From positions 800,001 to 864,000 of the forward strand of contig OZ251539.1 of assembly GCA_965243135.1 (NCBI GenBank): a DNA stretch of 64,000 nucleotides, in the 5' to 3' direction. The stretch comes from Alphaproteobacteria bacterium. GTDB lineage: Bacteria > Pseudomonadota > Alphaproteobacteria > MPNO01 > UBA830. Below the pieces are notes generated by a model. That model was not told the DNA's origin. It was given only the letters and a program-made list of their open reading frames with translations, and ran no database searches. The translations under genes and the position numbers were made by a program. Numbering within the stretch: the first letter of the stretch is position 1; every line of letters begins with the position of its first letter. Below are positions 1 through 9,106 of the stretch, one piece after another.

Positions 1-262
1 TGCGCCGTTTCTGATCGTCGCCGCCGGACTGGGGGCTTTGCAGTTCGCGATCGGCAACATTCTCGAGCCGCGCATGATGGGAAAATCGCTCAATCTCTCG
101 CCGCTGGTCGTAATCGTTTCGCTCGTGGTTTGGGGCTCCGTCTGGGGCGTGACCGGAATGTTCCTTTGCGTTCCGATGACCGTGATAGTGATGATCGCGC
201 TCGCGGAGTTTCCCCAGACCAGGTGGGTCGCGATACTCCTGAGCGCGGACGGAGAAGTCTGA
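1..262 (+). CDS. AI-2E family (PerM-like) transporter, C-terminal part, truncated by window edge
   Basis: Family C-terminal signature GNILEPRMMGKSLNLSPLVVIVSLVVWGSVWGVTGMFLCVP. Confidence 0.85.
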   Translation, partial: APFLIVAAGLGALQFAIGNILEPRMMGKSLNLSPLVVIVSLVVWGSVWGVTGMFLCVPMTVIVMIALAEFPQTRWVAILLSADGEV

Positions 263-442
263 GACCCGAGGGGGCGGCAGAGCGGAGCATTTGCAAGGCG
301 AAGAGCCTCCAAGGAGCCGACGCCTTCGCTCGGCGTTTTTCGGGCCTTCGGGAAAGGCCCGGCGGCGACGCGGACGGCGCGGAAGCCCGTCTCCCGGCCT
401 TTCGACGCCGCTTCGTCCGATAAACGATCCGGAGCTTCCGAC

Positions 443-2044
443 ATGAACAATGCCGAGCTTGTCGTTCTCACGTTGAAGGCCGCAGGGATCGGCCACGGAT
501 TCGGGATTCCCAGCGGCAATGTCCTGCCGCTGATGGAGGCGATGCGGACGCACGGTCTGCCGTTCGTTCTGACGGCCCACGAGGGATCCGCGGGCTTCGC
601 GGCGGACGTCATGGGGCGAATGACCGGCGCGCCCGGCCTCGCCATCGCCACTCTGGGGCCGGGGGCCACCAACCTCGCCACCGGAATGGGCGACGCATTT
701 CTCGATCGCTCGCCCATGATCGCGATTACCTGCAACCTCGACGTCGCCCAGCATGGACGGCGCATTCAGATGCATATCGACCATCACGGCTTGTTCGCGC
801 CGATCACGAAGGCGACCTTGCCGCTTCGCGAGGGCGCGGTGGGCGAGACGACCGCGGAGGCCGTGCGCATAGCCTTGTCCGAGCCGGCGGGTCCCGTGCA
901 TCTCGACCTGCCGGAGGACGTGGCGCTCGCGCGGACGACCGAGCCGATGCCCGGTCTCGCGACGCCCGAAGCGCCGGCTCCGCCCTCCGCTGCGGATCTC
1001 GAGGCGGCGGGCGAGCTGCTGGAGGCGTCGCGACGTCCGATCGCCGTGGTCGGCTCCAACGCCATGAGAATGAAGGAAACGGGTCTTCTGCGCCGCTTCG
1101 TCGAACGTCACGGCTTGCCGTTCGCGACCACGACCATGGCCAAGGGGTTGATCGACGAGGATCACCCGTTGTCGGTCGGATGCATCGAACGGGGCAAACG
1201 CCAGATTCAGCGCGGTTTTCTCGCCCAGGCCGATCTCGTCGTGGGACTTGGTTACGATACGATCGAGGTCGAGTACGAAGCGTGGATCGGCGAAACTCCG
1301 CTCCTGACAGTGGATATCGAGAGCGCCGACGTCGCCTCGTCCGTGCGGCTGGCCGGCGCCGTCGCGGGCGATCTCGACGCGGCGCTGGCGGCGCTCTGCG
1401 AACGCGAACCGGGGAGCGGTCGTTGGGCGTTTGGCGAAGTCGCCGCGCATCGGGCGGCGTTTCAGGCGGCGTTGCGCCCCGACGTCCGGGGATTCCCGCC
1501 GCACCGGGCTATCGACGTCGTTCGCGAAGCGCTGCCGCCCGAAGGCGTGCTGGCGTTCGACGTGGGCGCGCATACCCACCAGATCGCGGCCCAGTGGACG
1601 GCGCATGCGCCCCGGCAGTTCCTCATCACGAACGGTTGGTCGTCCATGGGATTCGGCCTGCCTGCCGCGATCGCCGCGAAACTGGCGCGTCCGGACCTGC
1701 CGGTCGTCTGCCTGATCGGCGACGGCTGCTTCCAGATGACCTGCGGCGAACTCGCGACCGCGCGGCGCCTCGGCCTCTCGTTGCCCGTGGTCGTGCTGAA
1801 CGACCGCTGGCTCGGCCTGATCAAGGTCAAGCAGGAACGCCGGCAGTTGCCCCTTTACGGCGTCGCGCTGCAGGACGACGAGTACCGGGATCCGCCCGAG
1901 CATTATTTCGGGGCGCCGGCGGTCGGCGCGCGGAACGAGGCGGCGCTGCGGGCCGCGCTTTCCCAAGCGCTTCGGGCGAACGGCCCCACCGTGATCGAGG
2001 CGGTTGTCGACGCCGATCACTATTCGGAAACCGTGTTCGATTAG
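443..2044 (+). CDS. Thiamine-pyrophosphate-dependent enzyme (acetolactate synthase large-subunit-like)
   Basis: HEGSAGF, GPGATN, TPP-binding GDG(C)FQM...VVLND motif; 533 aa. Confidence 0.9.
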   Translation: MNNAELVVLTLKAAGIGHGFGIPSGNVLPLMEAMRTHGLPFVLTAHEGSAGFAADVMGRMTGAPGLAIATLGPGATNLATGMGDAFLDRSPMIAITCNLDVAQHGRRIQMHIDHHGLFAPITKATLPLREGAVGETTAEAVRIALSEPAGPVHLDLPEDVALARTTEPMPGLATPEAPAPPSAADLEAAGELLEASRRPIAVVGSNAMRMKETGLLRRFVERHGLPFATTTMAKGLIDEDHPLSVGCIERGKRQIQRGFLAQADLVVGLGYDTIEVEYEAWIGETPLLTVDIESADVASSVRLAGAVAGDLDAALAALCEREPGSGRWAFGEVAAHRAAFQAALRPDVRGFPPHRAIDVVREALPPEGVLAFDVGAHTHQIAAQWTAHAPRQFLITNGWSSMGFGLPAAIAAKLARPDLPVVCLIGDGCFQMTCGELATARRLGLSLPVVVLNDRWLGLIKVKQERRQLPLYGVALQDDEYRDPPEHYFGAPAVGARNEAALRAALSQALRANGPTVIEAVVDADHYSETVFD

Positions 2045-2108
2045 ATCGCGCTGTTGCGCGTTCGCGGCGCCGGGATAAAATGCAGCCGAGATCGAGGAGG
2101 GATGAGAT

Positions 2109-2615
2109 ATGGTATACACGCTCGAACGTTTCGCCGCCGATTGCCGCGACGCTTTGGACAAGGATCCCGGGCCCGCCGGCCGCGAGGAAGTTCGAAAGTT
2201 CACCGAGAAAGCCTGTGCCGACCGGGAGTTCGTCGCGACGCATCTCGGATCGGACAACACGACTCCGCGCAAGATTCTTTACGAGGACGGCAAGCACGGG
2301 TTCTGCATTCTCGCCCATGTCTTCGAGGGAGCGCAGGGATCGGCGCCTCACGACCATGGGCCGAGCTGGGCGATCTACGGACAGGCCGAGGGAATCACGA
2401 CCATGACCGACTGGGAGAAGCTCGAAGAGCCTCGAGGCGACGAGCCCGGCAAGGTCAAACAGAGCAAAGTCTACGACTTGTCGCCCGGCGTCGCCTATCT
2501 TTACAATGAAGGCGATCTGCACTCGCCCGGCCGAGAGGCGACCACGCGGCTTATCCGCATCGAGGGACAGAACCTCGCCGGCGTCGCGCGCGACAGATAT
2601 CTGGCGGTCGAATAG
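2109..2615 (+). CDS. Cupin-fold, cysteine-dioxygenase-like protein
   Basis: PHDHGPSWAIYG and LHSP metal-ligand motifs; GAGGAGG RBS upstream. Confidence 0.75.
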   Translation: MVYTLERFAADCRDALDKDPGPAGREEVRKFTEKACADREFVATHLGSDNTTPRKILYEDGKHGFCILAHVFEGAQGSAPHDHGPSWAIYGQAEGITTMTDWEKLEEPRGDEPGKVKQSKVYDLSPGVAYLYNEGDLHSPGREATTRLIRIEGQNLAGVARDRYLAVE

Positions 2616-2684
2616 GGGCTGCGGCGCGTTCCGCAACTGCCCGCAGGACGGTTCCGTTGAAGAAAACGGCGGAAGAGCTTTCGT

Positions 2685-2728
2685 CGCCGCCCGACCGTGT
2701 GCCGCGCTCGGCGCGCGGTCGGGCGGCG
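2685..2728. terminator. 20-bp GC-rich stem-loop between convergent genes (terminator or REP-like)
   Basis: cgccgcccgaccgtgtgccg-cgct-cggcgcgcggtcgggcggcg, fully paired allowing two G-U pairs; no U-tract. Confidence 0.5.
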
Positions 2729-2786
2729 GGACCGGACTTCAACCACGGCCTCGCCTGCAAGCCTTTCGACGGCGAGCGGCTCGGGT

Positions 2787-4034
2787 CTATTCCGCGCCGC
2801 GGTCGGCAGGCTTTGCCTCCCGGCGCGGGGGCGTTTCGACGCCCTGCAATCGCGCCTCCCACAACGCGCGGACCGGGACGGCATGGAAGCCTTCTCCGAA
2901 GGACGCGCAGGTTTCGCCGTCGTACAGCACGATTCCGGCGACAAAGCGCTTGCCCGCCATGTTCCTGAGCTTTCGCAAGCCGCGAAAGTCCGACGGCGTT
3001 ACGGTGGCTGCCGCTTTCACCTCGATGCCCGCGATTTCCCGGGCGCCGCGCTCGATGACGATATCCACCTCGAATTGATCCCTGTCGCGATAGTGGAAGA
3101 ATTCCAGCGGCAAATCGCCTGCCTGACGCCGTAGCTCCTGGAACGCGAACGTCTCCAGCATCTGTCCGAGCAGCGCTCGATCCGCTGCGAGCGCGGCGGC
3201 GTCCGCGTTGAGCAAGGCGCAGGCGAGACCGGGATCCCCAAGGTGCAGCTTGGGCGTTTTCACAAGCCGGTTCAGGCGGTTGCCGTGCCATGGCGGCAAC
3301 CGCTCCAGGAGAAACACGCGTTCCAGAAGAGCGACGTAATCGCGGATCGTCGGTCTGCTGAGATTGAACGGCGAAGCCATGTCGGCAAGATTGAAAAGCC
3401 GCGCGGTTTGGCTCGCGGCCAACGTCAGGAGCCGGCGGAGGGCGTCCATCGCGGAAATGCGCGCCAGATCGCGTATGTCGCGCTGAACGATGGCGTCCGC
3501 GTAATCGCGGTACCAGTTTGCCCGCCGACGTCCCGGCCGCCGCTTGAGAGCGGGAGGGTATCCGCCGGCGGCGACGCGTTCCGCGAGTTCATGCGCGAGC
3601 CTTTCAGTTTGCCACGTTCCGAAGGCGCCGGAAAAAAGCGCGTCGAGAAATCCTGGCGGTTCGGAAGCCAGCTCGGACTGCGAAAGCGGATGCAACCGGA
3701 GGAACTGCAGGCGGCCGGCAAGCGAGTCGGCGAGTTTCGGGAGAAGGAGCACGTGCGACGAGCCGGTCAGCAGGAAGCGGCCCTCGATGCGGCGGCGGTC
3801 GATGTCCATCTTCAATGCCGGAAAGAGAGCCGGCGCGCGCTGCACCTCGTCCAGAATGACGCGGTTCGGAAGGTCGGCGATGAAGCCGACCGGATCCGCT
3901 TCCGCTGCGCCCCGAGCCACGTCCTCGTCGAGACTGACGTATGCGTAACCGCGTTTCTTGCCCACCATGCGGGCGAGAGTGGTCTTTCCGCACTGGCGCG
4001 GACCATGAATGAGGACCGCAGGCGAGTCTTCCAA
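2787..4034 (-). pseudogene. AAA_14 ATPase with DUF4143 (PD-(D/E)xK-like C-terminus); 5' end split by IS, original start at 5740
   Basis: Walker A GPRQCGKT, Walker B ILDEVQ, EVDIVIE/IEVK; removing the IS restores MNDLYPRHAARRLTEALEDSPAVLIHGPRQ. Confidence 0.85.
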
Positions 4035-4068
4035 GGCCTCCGTAAGGCGTCGGGCAGCGTGCCGAGGA

Positions 4069-5717
4069 CAGAAATTCCCGCTAAGGTGGCCGCCCTTTGC
4101 GAAAGGCGCGTCGAGATAGCGTCGTTACCGAGGGACCAGCCGCCGCGACGCACCTTCCCCGCTTCGGCTTGGTGCCGACTTAGCCTTGACCATCCTGTTT
4201 CCCCTGAAAAACTTGCTTTAGCACATTCGGTCACGGTGCCAGGTCAGGAGGTGTCGTAGGGAATTCCCTCTGCTTTCCGGTATCCAAACGCGATCATTCG
4301 GTAGAGTGTTTCCCAGTCCTTCAAGAAGTATTCGAGAAACAATCCCCGCGCCTTTTCCCAGAAGTAAATGGGCCGCTTGGCCTTCGTTTGCGCCTGTTGG
4401 AACAGTTTGCAACATCGCTGTTGAATCTGGTCAATCAGGAACGCCAGCATCATCAGGAACGCAAAGACCGTCGACAGATTCTTGTTACCGTGACCGAAGT
4501 TGTGCTCAAAGCAGTAGCCTTGGTTCTTCAGGGTGTTGAAAGTTTCGTTCTCGATCTTCCAGCGCGCCCGCCCGGTGCGCATCAACTCCATCAGGTTCCC
4601 TTCGTCAATTGGCAGATCCGTGACCCAGGAGAAACGTTGTTTCTTGCCGTTTGGGAGCTTCTCCCAGTATTCGAGAAAGTTCACTTTGAGGTCGAAGTGC
4701 GTATCGTTCAGAGGCACTCCGTTAAGATACCGGAATTCGTGCCGTATGTTGTCACCGTCCGTGAACTCCCGGCGCTCCACGGACGGCGCGTTGTTGACCC
4801 ACTCGAACAGGAACTTGTGGTCGCCGGGCTTCGCCCCCAGTATGAAACGCATGTCTAACTCCTTGAGAAGATTGGCATGCGGTCCGTTCGAGGCCAGCCC
4901 ATCTTCCAACACAACCAGCTTCAGGTGCGGGTGTTCGCGACGCACATCTTTCAGAAGCCGTTTCGCTGCGTTGCGTTCGCAATCGTTCTTTTTTGCGCCG
5001 TCTTCCTTCAGGATCGGTTCCGGTGCAAACGGAAAAACCTCCTTTTGTTCCGGATGCACCAGAACGGCTCCCAACATCTGGTGGTAGTAGGTAATCGTAC
5101 CGTCGCGGTGGTGTTTCTCGCAGCAATTTTTACAGTGCACCTTGTCCGACGAGAAGTATCCCGTTCCATCGATCGAAAGAGCGTAATGCCCGTTCAGACA
5201 AGTGTATTCTTCCAATCCCTTGCCTCGTTGCAAAACCTGGAACATCTTCGTGAAACAACGCCGCAATTGCCGCGGACAGACTTCGTCAAGCCGTTCGCGC
5301 ATCGCAGTGTCCGACGGCACGCGCTTGACGCCGTATAAGGTCGCGAGGTTGTGCCGAACCACTTCGTCGGCGTGCGCGGCCTCGTCGAATTGCAGAAGCG
5401 ACGCATACTTCATACCGAACACCGCTAGACCCGACATCAGACAGTCCGTCTGGTTCAGCCCCCTGCTCGCGATCGGATCTTCGATACGGTCGAAACAAGC
5501 TCGCACTTCCTTCAGCAATCCCGGAGCGCTGAGCGTCTTGCGCATGCCTGGCATTCTGGCCATTTTGGTTACAATCCCGCCTCGCCTTCGGACCACTTTC
5601 CAGAGAAAAATGCTCCGCTCGAAGGCAAATAGCCCCGAATCACCTCGAAAAGTCCACGAAAGACTTTTTTCCGGCCCCATATTTTTCAAGGGTTTCGAGC
5701 CTTAGCGGGAATTGCTG
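4069..5717 (-). mobile_element. Complete insertion sequence, ISNCY-type (CAG ends and 9-bp TSD resemble the ISMae2 subgroup)
   Basis: TIRs cagaaattcccgctaagg (4069-4086) and ccttagcgggaattgctg (5700-5717), 17/18 match; TSD tgccgagga at 4060-4068 and 5718-5726; visibly lower GC. Confidence 0.9.
4244..5563 (-). CDS. DDE transposase (ISNCY-like)
   Basis: SIDGTGYF, LEDGL, RARWKIENETFNTLKNQGY motifs; lies inside the TIRs; start taken at ATG 5563. Confidence 0.9.
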   Translation of the reverse strand: MARMPGMRKTLSAPGLLKEVRACFDRIEDPIASRGLNQTDCLMSGLAVFGMKYASLLQFDEAAHADEVVRHNLATLYGVKRVPSDTAMRERLDEVCPRQLRRCFTKMFQVLQRGKGLEEYTCLNGHYALSIDGTGYFSSDKVHCKNCCEKHHRDGTITYYHQMLGAVLVHPEQKEVFPFAPEPILKEDGAKKNDCERNAAKRLLKDVRREHPHLKLVVLEDGLASNGPHANLLKELDMRFILGAKPGDHKFLFEWVNNAPSVERREFTDGDNIRHEFRYLNGVPLNDTHFDLKVNFLEYWEKLPNGKKQRFSWVTDLPIDEGNLMELMRTGRARWKIENETFNTLKNQGYCFEHNFGHGNKNLSTVFAFLMMLAFLIDQIQQRCCKLFQQAQTKAKRPIYFWEKARGLFLEYFLKDWETLYRMIAFGYRKAEGIPYDTS

Positions 5718-6118
5718 TGCCGAGGATAGAGGTCATTCATTGGCGCATTATATGCCTTATACGCGGCTAATCGCAAGGTTTAACCACGGCTGAATGAAAG
5801 TTTAATGGACGTCTGATCGAAAGATTTGATTCCGGCTGAATGAATTCTCCCGTGCGTCCGGACGCGCCGATTCTCGGTCCGAATCAAGGAAGCCTTCTCG
5901 GCCGTTTGCCGTCCTTTCGGTCTCGTCTTCGCGCCGTCCGCGCCCCGCCTGCATGGGAAGTTCACGTTTCCGCACGGTCGCGCCTGTTGGAACCCGATCG
6001 GCGAGCAAGGAAACGTTTTTCTCCCGTCGAGGCGGGGCGAATCTTCGCGGCGAACCGCTCGCGGCCGGTCGACGAATCGCTCCCCGGAAGCGGGCGCCGT
6101 CGGGCCGCGCCGCCGGGG

Positions 6119-6874
6119 TCAGTGCATCGCGGAGCCGCCGTCGACGGCCAGAATCTGGCCAGTGATGAAATCGCTTTCCGCCGAAGCGAGAAAGACGCAC
6201 GCGCCGACGACGTCTTCCGGCGTCTGTTCGCGGCGGATGGCGCGCGTGGCGGTGCCGCCTGCGATCAGGGTTCTGACCTCCTCGTGCGCGAGGACCCTGT
6301 CCGTCATGATGCCGCCCGGCGCGATGGTGTTCACCCGGATGCCTGCGTCGCCGAGCTCGCGCGCCATCGAGCGGGTGAGCGAAATCATCGCGCCCTTGGA
6401 CGTGTCGTAATGCAGCAGATTGACGTGGCCCTTGAGCGCCCGCCCCGACGAAATGTTGATGATCTTGCCGTATCGCTGCGCCGTCATCTGCGACACGACC
6501 GCCTTCGAGCAATTGAACGGCCCGTTGACGTTGACGTTCAGCACGCGGTCCCATTCCGCCTTGTCGATCTCCATCATCGGCTTGTGCCCGACGTCGACCC
6601 ATAGCCCGGCGTTGTTGACCAGGACGTCGATGCGTCCGTACGCTTCGACGGTCGCCGCGGCCATGCGCGCGCAGGACTCTGGATCGGTGACGTCGGTATT
6701 CATGTAAATCGCGGTTCCGCCGGCCTCCTTTATCTCCGCGAGGAGCGGTTCCGCCGGCGCGATGTCGGCGATCGCGACCCGCGCGCCCTCGGCCGCGAAA
6801 CCGCGGACGTAGGCGGCGCCGATGCCTTGCGATCCGCCGGTGACGATCGCGGCTCTGCCGTTCAGTCGGCTCAT
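6119..6874 (-). CDS. Short-chain dehydrogenase/reductase (SDR)
   Basis: TGGSQGIG, NNAG, YDTSK; ATG overlaps the amidase TGA (ATGA). Confidence 0.9.
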   Translation of the reverse strand: MSRLNGRAAIVTGGSQGIGAAYVRGFAAEGARVAIADIAPAEPLLAEIKEAGGTAIYMNTDVTDPESCARMAAATVEAYGRIDVLVNNAGLWVDVGHKPMMEIDKAEWDRVLNVNVNGPFNCSKAVVSQMTAQRYGKIINISSGRALKGHVNLLHYDTSKGAMISLTRSMARELGDAGIRVNTIAPGGIMTDRVLAHEEVRTLIAGGTATRAIRREQTPEDVVGACVFLASAESDFITGQILAVDGGSAMH

Positions 6875-8235
6875 CGGCTGCTCTCCCTCCCGAAGCGCTC
6901 TTCCGCGATCCAGCGCCCGACCGCGGTCAGTCGTTCGTCGCCGTCGAACTGGCCGAGGATCTGGACGCCGACCGGCGCGCCTTCCGCCGCGAGCAAAGGC
7001 AGCGAGATGGCGGGCGCGCCGAGCACGGACGAGCCTTCGTTGAAGACGGCGCTGCCTTGGTCCATGCCGACCGGTCCGGGACCCGGGGACGACAACGTGA
7101 CGAATGCGTCGGCGCGCGACGCAAGCTGGCGATGCAAATCGCGGATGCGGACGCGCCGGTTCAGCGCCTCTCGGTATTCGGCCTGGCTCAACCCTTCCGC
7201 TTCCCGAAGGCCCGCCAGCAGACGTTCGGGAATCTTGTCGGGGTAGCGTTCGCTGTACTGCTGCAACGGCCAGCGGAATTCGAACCGGTACAGGGTTCGC
7301 CAGAGTTCCGGCATTTCGGCGAACGCCCGTTCGTAGGCTTCGATCGCCGGATCGTCCGCGCGCCCGTATATCTCCGCGTCCGTCAACGCGCCCAGGAATT
7401 CCTCGAACGCCGCCCTGGTTTCTTCGCCGGTCTGCGTCCATCCGGCGGTTTCCAGCCGGATCAGGCGCGCCGGTTTGATCGCCGCTGGCGGCGCGTCGCC
7501 GCCGAACAGGCCGGGGTAGCCGGGGTCGCCGCCGCCGATCTTCGCCATGTGGCGCGCCGCGATCCAGACGTCGGACAAGGAGCCGCCGAAGGTGCCGATG
7601 TGATCCATGCTGTCGGCCGCGGAAAACACGCCCTGCCGGTTGATGGCGCCGAACGTTCCCTTGAGGGCGAACGCGCCGCAGAAACTCGCCGGCCGAATCG
7701 TCGAACCGCGCGCATGAGTGCCGATGGCGACCGGGATCGTGCCCGCTCCCACGGCGGCGGCCGTTCCGGAGGACGATCCGCCGGGCGTGCGCGAGTCATC
7801 GTGCGGATTGCGCGTTCTGGGCGGACTGCCGCCGCCGAGCGTAACCGTCGTCGTCTTGCCGACGACGGCCGCGCCGCCGCGCCGCAGCGCGTCGACCGAA
7901 GCCGCGTCCCGAAGCGGACGGTGCCCCCTGAACAGCTCGCTGCCGAACTCCGTCGGCATGTCGAACGTCTCGATGAGATCCTTGATGCCGACGGGCAAGC
8001 CGTCGACCGGCGACAGCGGACGGCCGCGCCGATACCGCTCCGTCGCCGCGTCGGCCGCTTTTCTGGCGCCCTCGCGATCGAGATGCTCCCACGCCATCAC
8101 CCGATCTTCGATCGCGGCGATCTCTTCGAGGCAGCGTTCGAGATATGCGCGCGGCGTGTCCGGTCCGTCGCCGAACTTCGCCGCCGCGTCGTGGAACGTC
8201 ATCAACCTGTGCGTTCGAGGATCGTAGCTTGCCAA
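6871..8235 (-). CDS. Amidase-signature family enzyme
   Basis: PVGIKD, GGSSSG, GSTIRPASFCG. Confidence 0.9.
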   Translation of the reverse strand: MASYDPRTHRLMTFHDAAAKFGDGPDTPRAYLERCLEEIAAIEDRVMAWEHLDREGARKAADAATERYRRGRPLSPVDGLPVGIKDLIETFDMPTEFGSELFRGHRPLRDAASVDALRRGGAAVVGKTTTVTLGGGSPPRTRNPHDDSRTPGGSSSGTAAAVGAGTIPVAIGTHARGSTIRPASFCGAFALKGTFGAINRQGVFSAADSMDHIGTFGGSLSDVWIAARHMAKIGGGDPGYPGLFGGDAPPAAIKPARLIRLETAGWTQTGEETRAAFEEFLGALTDAEIYGRADDPAIEAYERAFAEMPELWRTLYRFEFRWPLQQYSERYPDKIPERLLAGLREAEGLSQAEYREALNRRVRIRDLHRQLASRADAFVTLSSPGPGPVGMDQGSAVFNEGSSVLGAPAISLPLLAAEGAPVGVQILGQFDGDERLTAVGRWIAEERFGRESSR

Positions 8236-8327
8236 TGCATTTTCCTTCGTGGCGTTCGCGCGAATTGCGCATTATAGGTGAACCGGATTGTCGGCGCCGG
8301 GGCGTCCGGCGGGTCAGGGAGGATAGA

Positions 8328-9077
8328 ATGGCAGGATCGCTTGACGGAAAGCGCGCCCTCATCACCGGCAGCGGGGGCGGCATGGGGCGCAGCCACGCGG
8401 TGCTGATGGCCGAACGCGGGGCCGACGTCGTCGTTCACGACATAGAATCCGAAGGAGCGGAGGAGACCGCCGCCATGGTGCGGGCGCTCGGCCGCGAAGC
8501 TCATGCGGTGGTTGCCGACATTCGCGACGTCCCGACGTTCGTCCGCGCCGTCGCGGACGCGGGGCCGGTCGACATCCTGGTCAACAACGCGGGCGTCGGC
8601 GGCGCCCGCCTGACGATCGAGGACGTGGACGTCGAGGCGTTCGACAGGATGTTCGAGGTTCACGTGCGCGGGACGTTCTTCGCGACGCAGACCGTTCTCC
8701 CCGCCATGAAGGAAAGGAGAAGCGGCAAGATCGTCAACATCTCTTCGATCTACGCGATGGGCGGCAGCCAGCTTGCCAGCCATTACGCGGCCGCCAAGTC
8801 GGCGATTTCTGGATTCACCAAGTCGTGGGCGCGCGAACTCGCTCCCTGGCGCGTAACCGTGAACGCCGTCGCGCCGGGCTTCGTCGTCACCGGAATGACC
8901 CAGGCGTCCAATACGCCGGAGAAGATTGCGGAACGCGAGAAACTCATGCCGCTCGGAGAGTTTTGCAAACCCTTGGACATCTCCTATGCTGTCGCCTGGC
9001 TGGCGGGTCCGGAGACGGACCTGATATCCGGACAGGTCGTCAGTCCGAACAGCGGCGAAGTGATCGTGGGATACTGA
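8328..9077 (+). CDS. SDR family oxidoreductase (FabG-like)
   Basis: TGSGGGMG, NNAG, YAAAK; GGAGG RBS before ATG 8328. Confidence 0.9.
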   Translation: MAGSLDGKRALITGSGGGMGRSHAVLMAERGADVVVHDIESEGAEETAAMVRALGREAHAVVADIRDVPTFVRAVADAGPVDILVNNAGVGGARLTIEDVDVEAFDRMFEVHVRGTFFATQTVLPAMKERRSGKIVNISSIYAMGGSQLASHYAAAKSAISGFTKSWARELAPWRVTVNAVAPGFVVTGMTQASNTPEKIAEREKLMPLGEFCKPLDISYAVAWLAGPETDLISGQVVSPNSGEVIVGY

Positions 9078-9106
9078 CGCCGTTCCTGCGGAGCCTGTCG
9101 CACTTT

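Noticed and set aside
263-442. Possible TPP riboswitch upstream of the TPP-dependent enzyme
   Set aside because: Only generic GC hairpins; the conserved TPP aptamer core could not be identified.
2741-5790. 9-bp direct repeat aaccacggc flanking the AAA gene plus IS
   Set aside because: No terminal inverted repeats are associated with it, and it is short enough to be chance.
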